From Verrucomicrobiia bacterium (GTDB lineage: Bacteria > Verrucomicrobiota > Verrucomicrobiia > Limisphaerales > JAEYXS01), in the NCBI GenBank assembly GCA_036405135.1, contig DASWYF010000033.1, positions 1-64,000 on the forward strand: a DNA stretch of 64,000 nt, read 5' to 3'. Below are positions 27,763-36,236 of this stretch, piece after piece. Both the position numbers and the translations under genes were made by a program. Positions within the stretch are counted from its first letter, which is position 1; each line of letters opens with the position of its first letter. The notes below the pieces were generated by a model. That model was not told the DNA's origin and ran no database searches. It worked only from the letters and a program-made list of their open reading frames with translations.

Positions 27763-28155
27763 TCAATCCAGCTCTCGGTCAGCGAGGTCTTGTTCGTCCA
27801 GGCCGAGGTAGTGGCCGAGTTCATGGAGGAAGGTGGTTTGCACTTCTTCGCGGTAGAGCTCGGGGTCGTTCTCGCTGAATTCGCGGATGTTCTCCAGATA
27901 CAGGATGATCTGGGCGGGGATGACTTCAGGGCTGGCAACGCTATCCGGGAAAGGCTGGCCTACGAAGAGGCCGAGGGTGTCGGGTTCGATGTCATCGGCG
28001 ATCAGCTCGGGCGAAGGCGTTCGCTCGTAAGTGATGGGCAGCTTGATGACGTGTTCGCGCAGATCCTCAGGGAGTTCAGCAATGGTGGTTTCGACGGTTT
28101 TCTGCGCGACTTCCAGCCATTGAGGCCAGTCTTCACCGTCGAAGGGCGAGCTCAT
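27763..28155 (-). CDS. Zincin-like metallopeptidase family protein (HExxH)
   Basis: HELGHYLG zinc-binding motif near the C-terminus. Start taken at the ATG that overlaps (ATGA) the mntR stop. The longer ORF-track form would overlap mntR by about 100 nt. Confidence 0.6.
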   Translation of the reverse strand: MSSPFDGEDWPQWLEVAQKTVETTIAELPEDLREHVIKLPITYERTPSPELIADDIEPDTLGLFVGQPFPDSVASPEVIPAQIILYLENIREFSENDPELYREEVQTTFLHELGHYLGLDEQDLADRELD

Positions 28156-28601
28156 GCGGTCGGGGATTTTGCCGTAGCGGCTTTGCTGCGACGGGATTGT
28201 TGGAAGCGCTTGAGCGTGGCCGGGTTCTTTTCCAGGAACGTGGCGAGGTCGGCGAGGCATTCGAGTGTGACGGGACTCAAATGGTGTTCAATGCCTTCGA
28301 TATCGCGTTTCTGCGTTTCTTCATCGAGTTCCAGCAGGGAGAAGAAGCGGGAGAGCGTCTCGTGCCGGCTGCGGATGAAGCGGGCTACTTCGCGGCCTTT
28401 TTCCGTGAGGACGAGGCCACGGTATTTGACGTAATCCAAATAGCCGAGATCGCCAAGCTTCTGGACCATTCCGGTCACGGAAGCCTGGCGCACCTTGAGA
28501 GACGAGGCGATGTCCACCACTCGGGCGTAACCTTTTTCCTCGATCAGCTCATGGATGCGCTCCAGATAATCTTCCGCACTTTGGCTGGGGCCTGCAGGCA
28601 T
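28152..28601 (-). CDS. mntR: DtxR/MntR family metal-dependent transcriptional regulator
   Basis: Internal ATG giving MPAGPSQSAEDYLERIHELIEEKGYARVVDIASSLKVRQASVT.., a DtxR-type wHTH. About 150 aa. Confidence 0.8.
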   Translation of the reverse strand: MPAGPSQSAEDYLERIHELIEEKGYARVVDIASSLKVRQASVTGMVQKLGDLGYLDYVKYRGLVLTEKGREVARFIRSRHETLSRFFSLLELDEETQKRDIEGIEHHLSPVTLECLADLATFLEKNPATLKRFQQSRRSKAATAKSPTA

Positions 28602-28718
28602 GTTGGAGCCAATAAAGCATCGGTATGCGGGGAGTTTCAAGTGTTCTGTGTGAAGATTCAGCAGGAAGAACCTTTGAATAGGGTGTGCGTGAGCCGTCAG
28701 TGCCTCACCCCACCCGTC

Positions 28719-30092
28719 TCACTTGCCGAGGCAAAACTGGCTGAAGATCGAATCTAGCAAATCCTCAGTCGTCGTCTTGCCTACGATCTCTCCCACCGCA
28801 CCCGCAGCTATGCGCAACTCCATCGCCACCACTTCGAGTGTCTGGTCCATCTGCAAGCCCGCGATGCTCTGCTGCGTTGCTCTCCGTGCGCGTTGCAGCG
28901 CCTCCTGATGCCGGGAATTGATCATGACTTGCAACATCTCCGCACGGATTTGCCCGCCCCATACCTGTCTCTCAATAGCCTCTTTCAAGCCCTCGATCCC
29001 CTCGCCCGTCCGGCACGAGACACTGACCGTCGCTTCATTGATTGCTGGTGGCAGATCCAGCTTTCGCGGCAGATCCAGCTTGTTTAAAATCACCAGCCGC
29101 TTTTTCCCGGCGAACTCTTGGAGGAACTGTTCGTCCGCTGCCGTCAGCGGCTCAGATGCGTCCAGGAGATGCAGGATCAAATCGGCCTTTTCAAGCGTCG
29201 CCAGGCTGCGTCTTACGCCTTCTTGCTCGATGACATCCATCGCCTCGCGCAAGCCCGCAGTGTCGATGAATACCACCGGGATGCCGCGGATATTCGCGGT
29301 CTCCTCGATCGTATCCCGGGTCGTGCCCGCGATCGGCGATACGATGGCCCGCTCGTGCCCGAGCAGTTGGTTCAGCAGACTGGACTTGCCCGCGTTCGGC
29401 CTGCCGATGATCGCCGCGCGGATGCCGCGTCGCAAGATCTGCCCCTCGTTCGCCGTGCGCAGGAGCTGATCCATGAAGGCAGCGGCTGCCGCCAGCTTTT
29501 TTACCAGTTGCTCACGGGTATCCGGTGCGATGTCCTCATCTGGAAAGTCGATGTGCGCCTCCACATGCGCCAGCGTGCGCATCAAATCATCGCGCACTTG
29601 ATTGATACGGTGGGAAAGTTTGCCTTCCAATTGCTCCTGAGCGGCAGTCAGCGCCAGTTCCGTCCGAGCATGGATCAGGTCCGCGACCGCCTCCGCCTGA
29701 GTCAGGTCGATGCGCCCATTCAGAAACGCCCGTTTTGTGAACTCACCCGGCTGCGCCAGCCGCGCTCCGGCGGCGAGGACTGTGTCCAGGACCGCCTTGG
29801 CCGCGAGCAAGCCGCCGTGGCAACTGATCTCCACTACATCCTCCCGCGTGAAGGTGCGCGGCGCCAGCATCACCGCCAGCATCACTTCGTCCACGTGCAT
29901 GCCGTTCCGTATGATGTAGCCGTAGTGCAACGTGTGGGAGGCCGCTGCTGAAGGCTTCACTTCGCTCTTGCCCGGCGCTTGAAAACACCGGTCCGCCACT
30001 GCCAAAGCCTGCGGCCCGCTGAGACGGATGACCGCCAATCCGCCTTCACCCAGAGGTGTCGCGATCGCGGCAATGGTATCTTCGGCAAACAT
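28719..30092 (-). CDS. mnmE: tRNA modification GTPase MnmE (TrmE)
   Basis: 457 aa. N-terminal MnmE domain, G-domain motifs GRPNAGKSSLLN and DTAG. The C-terminal CLGK end is typical of MnmE. Confidence 0.9.
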   Translation of the reverse strand: MFAEDTIAAIATPLGEGGLAVIRLSGPQALAVADRCFQAPGKSEVKPSAAASHTLHYGYIIRNGMHVDEVMLAVMLAPRTFTREDVVEISCHGGLLAAKAVLDTVLAAGARLAQPGEFTKRAFLNGRIDLTQAEAVADLIHARTELALTAAQEQLEGKLSHRINQVRDDLMRTLAHVEAHIDFPDEDIAPDTREQLVKKLAAAAAFMDQLLRTANEGQILRRGIRAAIIGRPNAGKSSLLNQLLGHERAIVSPIAGTTRDTIEETANIRGIPVVFIDTAGLREAMDVIEQEGVRRSLATLEKADLILHLLDASEPLTAADEQFLQEFAGKKRLVILNKLDLPRKLDLPPAINEATVSVSCRTGEGIEGLKEAIERQVWGGQIRAEMLQVMINSRHQEALQRARRATQQSIAGLQMDQTLEVVAMELRIAAGAVGEIVGKTTTEDLLDSIFSQFCLGK

Positions 30093-30098
30093 GGCTGA

Positions 30099-30344
30099 TC
30101 ACTTGCGGCACGTGCCCTTGGTCGGCTCCATGCCCTGTAACAGCTGGCGCGCCTTTTCGTAACTTTTCCGTTGCAGGAAATGGACCAATTCCGGGTCCGT
30201 TCCTGGTGGCAACTGGCGTGCCAGCGTTTCCAGCCGGTCGAAGACAGGCAGCAAGTTCGGCTTCGGGTTCGCCGTCCTCATCTGCGCCACCTTCTCCTCC
30301 AAGTCGAGGAGCGTCGCGAGAATCGCCTTTTCCGTATCGTTCAT
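30099..30344 (-). CDS. Small hypothetical protein upstream of mnmE
   Basis: About 81 aa from ATG 30344 (MNDTEKAILATLLDLEE..). Its stop is 7 nt before the mnmE start. No recognisable motif. Confidence 0.4.
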   Translation of the reverse strand: MNDTEKAILATLLDLEEKVAQMRTANPKPNLLPVFDRLETLARQLPPGTDPELVHFLQRKSYEKARQLLQGMEPTKGTCRK

Positions 30345-30517
30345 ACGTATTGGATAGCGTACCCCGGAGGAAATGACCAAGGAGTTTCAAGTGTTCGATA
30401 CCGTGGAGACACAGAAGCCGCTGAAGGGCAGACCGGAAGAGGCGGCTCAGAGATCTGATGGCGCTTGACGGGGGTTGTCCGCAGTAGGATGGTCCAAGTG
30501 TTACAAAGGAAATCATT

Positions 30518-30979
30518 ATGCAAACCGTGACGTCTGCACGTTCTGCTACCGCTGCTTCATCATCATCCACTTTTCGCCGTCACCCTCTCATGGCCTTTGC
30601 GGGACTGCTGGTCCTGGGGCTTTTGATCGCTTGGGGGCAGCAGTTGAGGGCGGCGGAGGCGGCCAAGAATAAGTCCTGGTCTGGTACGTGGAATAACAAG
30701 AAGTATAACACGACGGGGGAGTTGACATGTGCGATCATCGGGGAGCAGAACGGGCAATGGATCGCGCGGTTCACGGGCACGGGTTTGGGCAAGCCGTTCA
30801 ACTACACCGCACTCATCACGCACAAGACCGTAGGTACGAACACCACGATGCAAGGGACGACGCGGGTGGATGGCGATATGTATAATTGGACCGGCACGAT
30901 CAGTGGTCAGAACATGACGGGCGGTTTTCGCTCCACGACGGGGAATAACGGGCAATTTGTCTTGAAGGAGAAGAAGTAG
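30518..30979 (+). CDS. Small secreted hypothetical protein (Ser/Thr/Asn/Gly-rich)
   Basis: AGGAAA RBS 5 nt before ATG 30518. N-terminal ..FRRHPLMAFAGLLVLGLLIAWG is signal-like. Alternative start at 30590. Confidence 0.45.
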   Translation: MQTVTSARSATAASSSSTFRRHPLMAFAGLLVLGLLIAWGQQLRAAEAAKNKSWSGTWNNKKYNTTGELTCAIIGEQNGQWIARFTGTGLGKPFNYTALITHKTVGTNTTMQGTTRVDGDMYNWTGTISGQNMTGGFRSTTGNNGQFVLKEKK

Positions 30980-31019
30980 CCGAGCCTTTTCATCACGGAG
31001 GCATTGAGGGCGCGGAGAT

Positions 31020-31382
31020 TTGTCTATGAAGACGGCGAAAGTTAAAGTTTACGCGGTGAGGCTGGCCTGGACCTTGGCTGTGTTGCTAGGGCTAGGACTC
31101 TTGGTCGGCGTATGGCTGCCGGATATCATCTTCGCTCCACGCATGACTTTGGCGAAGAAGACGTTGGCGGATGGGACAAGTTTTAAGGTGATCCAGTATT
31201 GGAACCGCAGTGATTTTTATTCCACGGAATTGCACATCAAAAGAATTGCTGGGGCAGACGAGATGGTAACTCTTGATGGAGATGATGCGAAGAGCTGGTG
31301 GGTGCCCTTACAGGTTGATGAGGGGGCGCGCTCCGTGACGGTCACGCTGGGTATCGGCAGGAGCAGTCAGGTCAATTACTGA
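31020..31382 (+). CDS. Hypothetical membrane-anchored protein
   Basis: 120 aa with one N-terminal TM helix (LAWTLAVLLGLGLLVGVWL). No known motif. Confidence 0.4.
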   Translation: MSMKTAKVKVYAVRLAWTLAVLLGLGLLVGVWLPDIIFAPRMTLAKKTLADGTSFKVIQYWNRSDFYSTELHIKRIAGADEMVTLDGDDAKSWWVPLQVDEGARSVTVTLGIGRSSQVNY

Positions 31383-31458
31383 GAGCCTGGATGCCAAATT
31401 CCAAAAGCTGACAAAACTTCTAGTGGGTTTTCTGCCGCATTTTTGAGAGGCTTGGCGT

Positions 31459-32931
31459 GTGGGCATTGAGCTTAACAAAGCCAGTTCGAGCGCTGCATCC
31501 CAGATGGGCATGGGTTGTCTGGTCTTGTTCGCATTGCCATTCGCTGCCGCCGGGACTGGCATGCTGATTGGCGGTATCAGCAAGCTCACGGCCGGTCGGA
31601 TGAAGGATGGAGGCGTGCTCACTTTGATGGGCGCGGTGTTCTCGCTGGTGGGTTATGGGATGATCATCGGCGGCATCTATGGATGGCGTCATGAGAAAGC
31701 CAAGACGAAGCGCAAGGACGCGCATCCGACGGAGCCTTGGCGTTGGCGGGAGGATTGGGCGCAAGGGCGGGTGGACTCGCAGGGGAAATCGAGTGCGATC
31801 GCGATCTGGGCATTTGCCATCATCTGGAATCTGATCTCGTCGTCGGTGTTCTTTGCGCTGCCTCAAGAGTTGGCGAAAGGGAACAAGGGAGTGCTGGTGG
31901 CGCTGATCTTTCCGGTGATCGGTGCGTTTCTGTTGTTCGGTGCGCTCTATACCACGCTGCAACGGCGCAAGTATGGGCAGCCGGTGTTCAAGCTCTTGAG
32001 CACGCCGTGTGTCATCGGTGGTCAGGCGACGGGGATGATCGAGATACCGGCGAAGGTGAAGGCGGCGAGCGGATTCAAGGTGCGCCTGCAATGTGTCGAG
32101 AAACTCACGACGGGCAGCGGCAAGAACCGCTCCACGCGCGAGAGCACAATCTGGCAGGACGCTGCGACGGTGACGCAAGATTTGCTGGGACATCAGCAGG
32201 ACAAGACGGGCATCCCGGTGCAATTCGCGATCCCCGCTTCTGCACCGGAAGCATCGCGAGAGGTGTGCAATCCATCGATCCACTGGCGATTGACGGTGGA
32301 GGCGGATGTGCCGGGTGTGGACCTGAATGAGACGTTTGAGCTGCCGGTGTTTCGCACGGCGGATTCGCCCGCCGCGACAGGTGAAGTGCTGGATGCGACA
32401 CCGCGTTGGGAGAAATCGGTGGAAGCTTACACGCCGCCAACGGGCAGTCGTGTGAAGGTGCAGCCTCAGCCTAGTGGCGGATGCGCGGTGGTGTTTCCGG
32501 CTGCACGCAATGTGGGGGCGATATTGTTTCTGCTGGTGTTCGCTGGAGCATTCAGCGGAGTGGTCGCAGTCACGATTGTGAAAAAAGCGCCGATCATTTT
32601 TCCGATCGTGTTCGGACTCTTTGATGCGTTGATGCTGCTGGGACTCTTCAACATGTTGCTGCACTCGAGCCGCGTGGAGGCGGATGCGAATGGCGTGCGG
32701 CTCTTTGATAGCTGGGTGTTCTACAAGAAAGAGAGCCGTTATGTGGCTGGTGAGATAGCCGATGTGGTGCTGAAGAAGGGAATGCAATCGGGCAAGACGG
32801 TTTATTATGATGTGCAGTTGCGATTGAGTTCGGGAACGGAGATCGGGCTGGGGAGTTCGGTGCCGGATGGGGAACATGCGGCATGGATCGCGGCGGTGAT
32901 ACGGCAGGCGGTGGGGGTGGAGAAAAAATAG
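31459..32931 (+). CDS. Hypothetical polytopic membrane protein (two repeated TM pairs with extracytoplasmic domains)
   Basis: 490 aa with a GTG start (GAGAGG RBS 8 nt upstream). An alternative ATG lies at 31504. Several hydrophobic helices. No catalytic motif recognised. Confidence 0.55.
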   Translation: MGIELNKASSSAASQMGMGCLVLFALPFAAAGTGMLIGGISKLTAGRMKDGGVLTLMGAVFSLVGYGMIIGGIYGWRHEKAKTKRKDAHPTEPWRWREDWAQGRVDSQGKSSAIAIWAFAIIWNLISSSVFFALPQELAKGNKGVLVALIFPVIGAFLLFGALYTTLQRRKYGQPVFKLLSTPCVIGGQATGMIEIPAKVKAASGFKVRLQCVEKLTTGSGKNRSTRESTIWQDAATVTQDLLGHQQDKTGIPVQFAIPASAPEASREVCNPSIHWRLTVEADVPGVDLNETFELPVFRTADSPAATGEVLDATPRWEKSVEAYTPPTGSRVKVQPQPSGGCAVVFPAARNVGAILFLLVFAGAFSGVVAVTIVKKAPIIFPIVFGLFDALMLLGLFNMLLHSSRVEADANGVRLFDSWVFYKKESRYVAGEIADVVLKKGMQSGKTVYYDVQLRLSSGTEIGLGSSVPDGEHAAWIAAVIRQAVGVEKK

Positions 32932-33105
32932 TTTCGAGTTTCTGGTCGGGAGTTTCTTGTTTTGAGTCGAGTCGAGCCGGAGGCCGGCACTCCGGATAAT
33001 GTGCTGGCGTGGATGACGCTTCCGGTGTTTCGTTTCTTGGACGTGAGTAATAAAGCGAAGAAAAAAGTTCTGAAGACCAAGCCCGTTCATCATGCCCTCG
33101 CGGAG

Positions 33106-33642
33106 ATGGAGACGGTGCTGTATGGCGAGCGGGATATTTTGCAGCGGGTGAAGGAGCTGGCGCAGGACATCGAGCGGGATTATGCGGGGAAGGATTTGGT
33201 GGTGGTATCGTTGCTGAATGGCACGGTGATGTTTCTCGCGGATCTGGTGCGGTATCTGAATCTGCCGTTGCGGCTCGATTTCATGGGCGTGTCCAGCTAC
33301 GGCAAGGGGACGAAGTCTGGCAAGCTGGTGTTCACGAAGGAGCTGAAGCTGGATGTGAAAGGGCGCGATGTGTTGCTGGTGGACGATATTCTGGATACGG
33401 GCAAAACGCTTTCACTCGTGACGAAGAAGTTGAAGAAGCTCAAACCGAAGAGCCTGAAGATCTGTGTGCTCTTGAGCAAATCAGCGCGGCGCGAGGAGAA
33501 GGTGACGGCGGATTACATCGGCTTCGAGATACCGGATGCCTTTGTGGTGGGGTATGGATTGGATTTTGCGGAACGGTATCGGAACCTGCCGTTCATCGGC
33601 ATCTTGAAGCCGGAGATCTATCAAGCGGTGGAGAAGAAATGA
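33106..33642 (+). CDS. hpt: Hypoxanthine phosphoribosyltransferase
   Basis: PRPP-binding motif VLLVDDILDTGKTLS. About 178 aa from ATG 33106. The longer ORF-track N-terminus is rejected. Confidence 0.85.
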   Translation: METVLYGERDILQRVKELAQDIERDYAGKDLVVVSLLNGTVMFLADLVRYLNLPLRLDFMGVSSYGKGTKSGKLVFTKELKLDVKGRDVLLVDDILDTGKTLSLVTKKLKKLKPKSLKICVLLSKSARREEKVTADYIGFEIPDAFVVGYGLDFAERYRNLPFIGILKPEIYQAVEKK

Positions 33643-33643
33643 G

Positions 33644-33889
33644 ATGATCACGAAGGTCCATTTTTACTCCTACTTCAAGGAGCTGACGGGTTGCGCGGAG
33701 ACTGCTGTGGAACTCGCGGAGGGGGCTACGATCGAGCAGCTTTATGCGGAATTGATCCGACGTTTTCCGAAGCTGGCGGCGATGAATCATTCCACGCTGA
33801 TCGCGGTGGGTGTGGAGTATCAAGGGCGCAGTTATGTGTTGAAGGCGGGGGATGAGGTGAGTTTGTTCCCGCCAGTGCAGGGGGGATAA
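33644..33889 (+). CDS. moaD: MoaD/ThiS-family sulfur carrier protein (C-terminal GG)
   Basis: 81 aa ending ..FPPVQGG. Followed by moaE. Confidence 0.7.
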   Translation: MITKVHFYSYFKELTGCAETAVELAEGATIEQLYAELIRRFPKLAAMNHSTLIAVGVEYQGRSYVLKAGDEVSLFPPVQGG

Positions 33890-33947
33890 AATAAAGCGGA
33901 ATTATTCCATGACAATGTCCGCAAACATTTACGAGAGCGATGTGTAC

Positions 33948-33979
33948 TCCCTCTCTCCTAGGGGTGAGGGGAAGAGAGT
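33948..33979. repeat. REP-like GC-rich palindromic repeat family 3, copy X1 (inverted relative to X2)
   Basis: ctccctctctcctaggggtgaggggaagagag. Its reverse complement shares cccctcacccc..gggagaagg with copies X2 and X3. Confidence 0.55.
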
Positions 33980-34022
33980 ATGCTGTGCCAGTGGTATTCC
34001 CGGTTTTTGTATATGGAGTGTT

Positions 34023-34063
34023 CCTTCCCCCTCATCCCGGCCTTCTCCCTTAGGGAGAAGGAG
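34023..34063. repeat. REP-like GC-rich palindromic repeat family 3, copy X2
   Basis: ccttccccctcatcccggccttctcccttagggagaaggag, with the internal palindrome ccttctccc-tta-gggagaagg. Confidence 0.55.
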
Positions 34064-34126
34064 TAACATTTACCATCTGCGGGGATATTATCACGCTTGG
34101 CTATTGTCCGTTTATTTTGTGAAAAG

Positions 34127-34516
34127 ATGAAACGTGAATTGACCATCACGAAGGAAGTGATCGATGAGGCGCAGCTGGTTGCCGGCCGGACGATGTCGCA
34201 TGGGATGGGGGCGGCGATCTACTTTGCGGGGGTGGTGCGGGCGGCAGAGGGAAAGGAGACGATCCGTGCGATCGATTATGAGGCGTTCGAGGTGATGGCG
34301 CGGCATCAGTTCGGCAAGATTTTCAATGAGGTGGAGAAGCGTTGGCCAATCGAGTCGGTGCGGCTTATCCATCGCGTCGGGGTGGTGGGGGTGAATGAGG
34401 CGTCGCTGTGGATCGAGATCATTTCACCGCATCGTGGTGAGGCGTTCGCGGCGTGCCAGTGGATCATCGAGGAGATGAAACGCGTGGTGCCGATCTGGAA
34501 GAAACCGGTGATTTGA
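34127..34516 (+). CDS. moaE: Molybdopterin synthase catalytic subunit MoaE
   Basis: Internal ATG giving MKRELTITKEVIDEAQL... MoaE-like, about 129 aa, separated from moaD by the repeat-containing spacer. Confidence 0.75.
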   Translation: MKRELTITKEVIDEAQLVAGRTMSHGMGAAIYFAGVVRAAEGKETIRAIDYEAFEVMARHQFGKIFNEVEKRWPIESVRLIHRVGVVGVNEASLWIEIISPHRGEAFAACQWIIEEMKRVVPIWKKPVI

Positions 34517-34659
34517 GGCGGCGAGACTCAGTTCTGCCGCCGGGGGATTGAATAATGCCCCCATTCCTCTGCGTCTTACCATTGTTCAAGATTGACCCGG
34601 CAGGCGATTGGAGTAACTTCGCCTCTACCCGTTGATCCCCGAAAACAAACATAGGCTTT

Positions 34660-36072
34660 ATGTCGCAACAAACGAACCATCCCTCGTCCGGCGATAACCG
34701 CCGGAGTTTCATAAAAAAAGCGGCCATCGTCACCGCTGCTGTCGCTGCCAATCCTTTCAAGACTCCCGTCTACGGCCAAAACAAGGCGCCCTCGACTGGT
34801 CGCGTGATCGGTGCGAATGACCGCATCAATGTCGGCTTCGTCGGCATCGGCGGCCAGGGCTTCAACGCCCACGTCCGCCAGATGAAGGAAAAAGCGGGCG
34901 AACACAACATCGCACAAGTCGCCGTCTGCGATGTCTCCAAGCACCGCATCGCGATGGCCAAGGAATTCATCCTCAAAGACAACACCGACGCGAAGGTGGA
35001 TGCCTACGAGGATCACCGCAAGATGATGGAGCGGAATGATATCGATGCCATCGTCTGCGCCACCGTCGATCACTGGCACACGCGCGTTTCATTGGACGCC
35101 CTCAATTCCGGCAAGCATGTGTATGTGGAGAAGCCGATGACCCGTTATCTCGGCGAAGCGTTCCAGCTCTATGATGCCGTGAAGAAGACCGGCAAGATCT
35201 TGCAGGTCGGTTCCCAAGGCTGCTCGGATAAGAAGTGGCACAAGGCCGCCGAGTGGATCAAAGCGGGCAAAATCGGCCCCATCGTCATGAGCCAGGGCTC
35301 GTACATGCGCAACAGCCCCTACGGCGAATGGAACTACACCATCCAGCCGTGGCTCACGAAGGAAGACGTCAACTGGAAGACCTGGATCTCCGGTGTGAAG
35401 AAAGGCACGGACTTCAATCCGGACCACTACTTCCGCTGGCGCAAATATTACCCTTATTGCTCCGGCCTTCTCGGCGACCTCTTCCCGCACAAGCTGCATC
35501 CCTACATGCTCGCTACCGGCAATCCGGAATTCCCGGTGCGCGTGGCTGCCTTGGGCTCGAAGAAATTCCAGACCGACCTCAAGAAGGAAGGCCGTCCTGC
35601 CGACAAGCAGACGGAATACGTCCGCGACGTGGAAGAGATCATCCAGCTCATCGCCGAGTTCCCGAGCGGCTACGTGATGCACATCACCAGCAGCACGGTG
35701 AATGAACAAGGCACGCAGGAGATGATCCGCGGCCACCACGCCACGCTCACCATGGCGGGCAACAAGGTGGAACTGAAGCCCGAGCGTCCGTTCGCTGACG
35801 AGATCGATCCGGAAACCAGCGAAGGCTTCCCGGGCGAGAGCGTTCCGGCGCATCACAAGAACTGGTTCGCGGCCATCCGTGGGCAGGAGAAGGCGAATGC
35901 AGGAATCGAACTCGCCACGCGCGTGCAGACGGTCATCTCGCTGGCCGAGATGAGCGATCGCCTCGGCGTCATGTGCTACTTCAACGAGAAGACCCGCAAG
36001 GTCACCGATGGTTCGGGCAAAGAGATTAAGCTGCTCGACTACGATACCGAAGTGCAGATGCAGAAGGCGTAA
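34660..36072 (+). CDS. Gfo/Idh/MocA family oxidoreductase with Tat signal
   Basis: Twin-arginine signal DNRRSFIKKAAIVTAAVAA. Rossmann motif GFVGIGGQGFNAH. Confidence 0.8.
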   Translation: MSQQTNHPSSGDNRRSFIKKAAIVTAAVAANPFKTPVYGQNKAPSTGRVIGANDRINVGFVGIGGQGFNAHVRQMKEKAGEHNIAQVAVCDVSKHRIAMAKEFILKDNTDAKVDAYEDHRKMMERNDIDAIVCATVDHWHTRVSLDALNSGKHVYVEKPMTRYLGEAFQLYDAVKKTGKILQVGSQGCSDKKWHKAAEWIKAGKIGPIVMSQGSYMRNSPYGEWNYTIQPWLTKEDVNWKTWISGVKKGTDFNPDHYFRWRKYYPYCSGLLGDLFPHKLHPYMLATGNPEFPVRVAALGSKKFQTDLKKEGRPADKQTEYVRDVEEIIQLIAEFPSGYVMHITSSTVNEQGTQEMIRGHHATLTMAGNKVELKPERPFADEIDPETSEGFPGESVPAHHKNWFAAIRGQEKANAGIELATRVQTVISLAEMSDRLGVMCYFNEKTRKVTDGSGKEIKLLDYDTEVQMQKA

Positions 36073-36236
36073 TCGCTCTGATAGACTTCAAAGCCCGCAA
36101 GGCAACGAGCCTTGCGGGCTTTTGCTTTTCAGTTCCCCGTGAATTCGTGAGGGGGAAAAGCAGTCAAACCCCTGAAAACAGCTTTGCCTCACCGCAAAAA
36201 GCTGCCATTTTAGCAGCCAATCCTATTTTATTACGC

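Noticed and set aside
27763-28260. Full 165-aa version of the metallopeptidase ORF
   Set aside because: Its first 35 codons would overlap the mntR 3' end. An ATG exactly at the mntR stop (ATGA overlap) gives a compact coupled arrangement and still includes the HExxH motif.
33900-34130. Possible Moco riboswitch between moaD and moaE
   Set aside because: The structure is fully explained by two inverted copies of a repeat that also occurs at 54049-54096 in an unrelated context.
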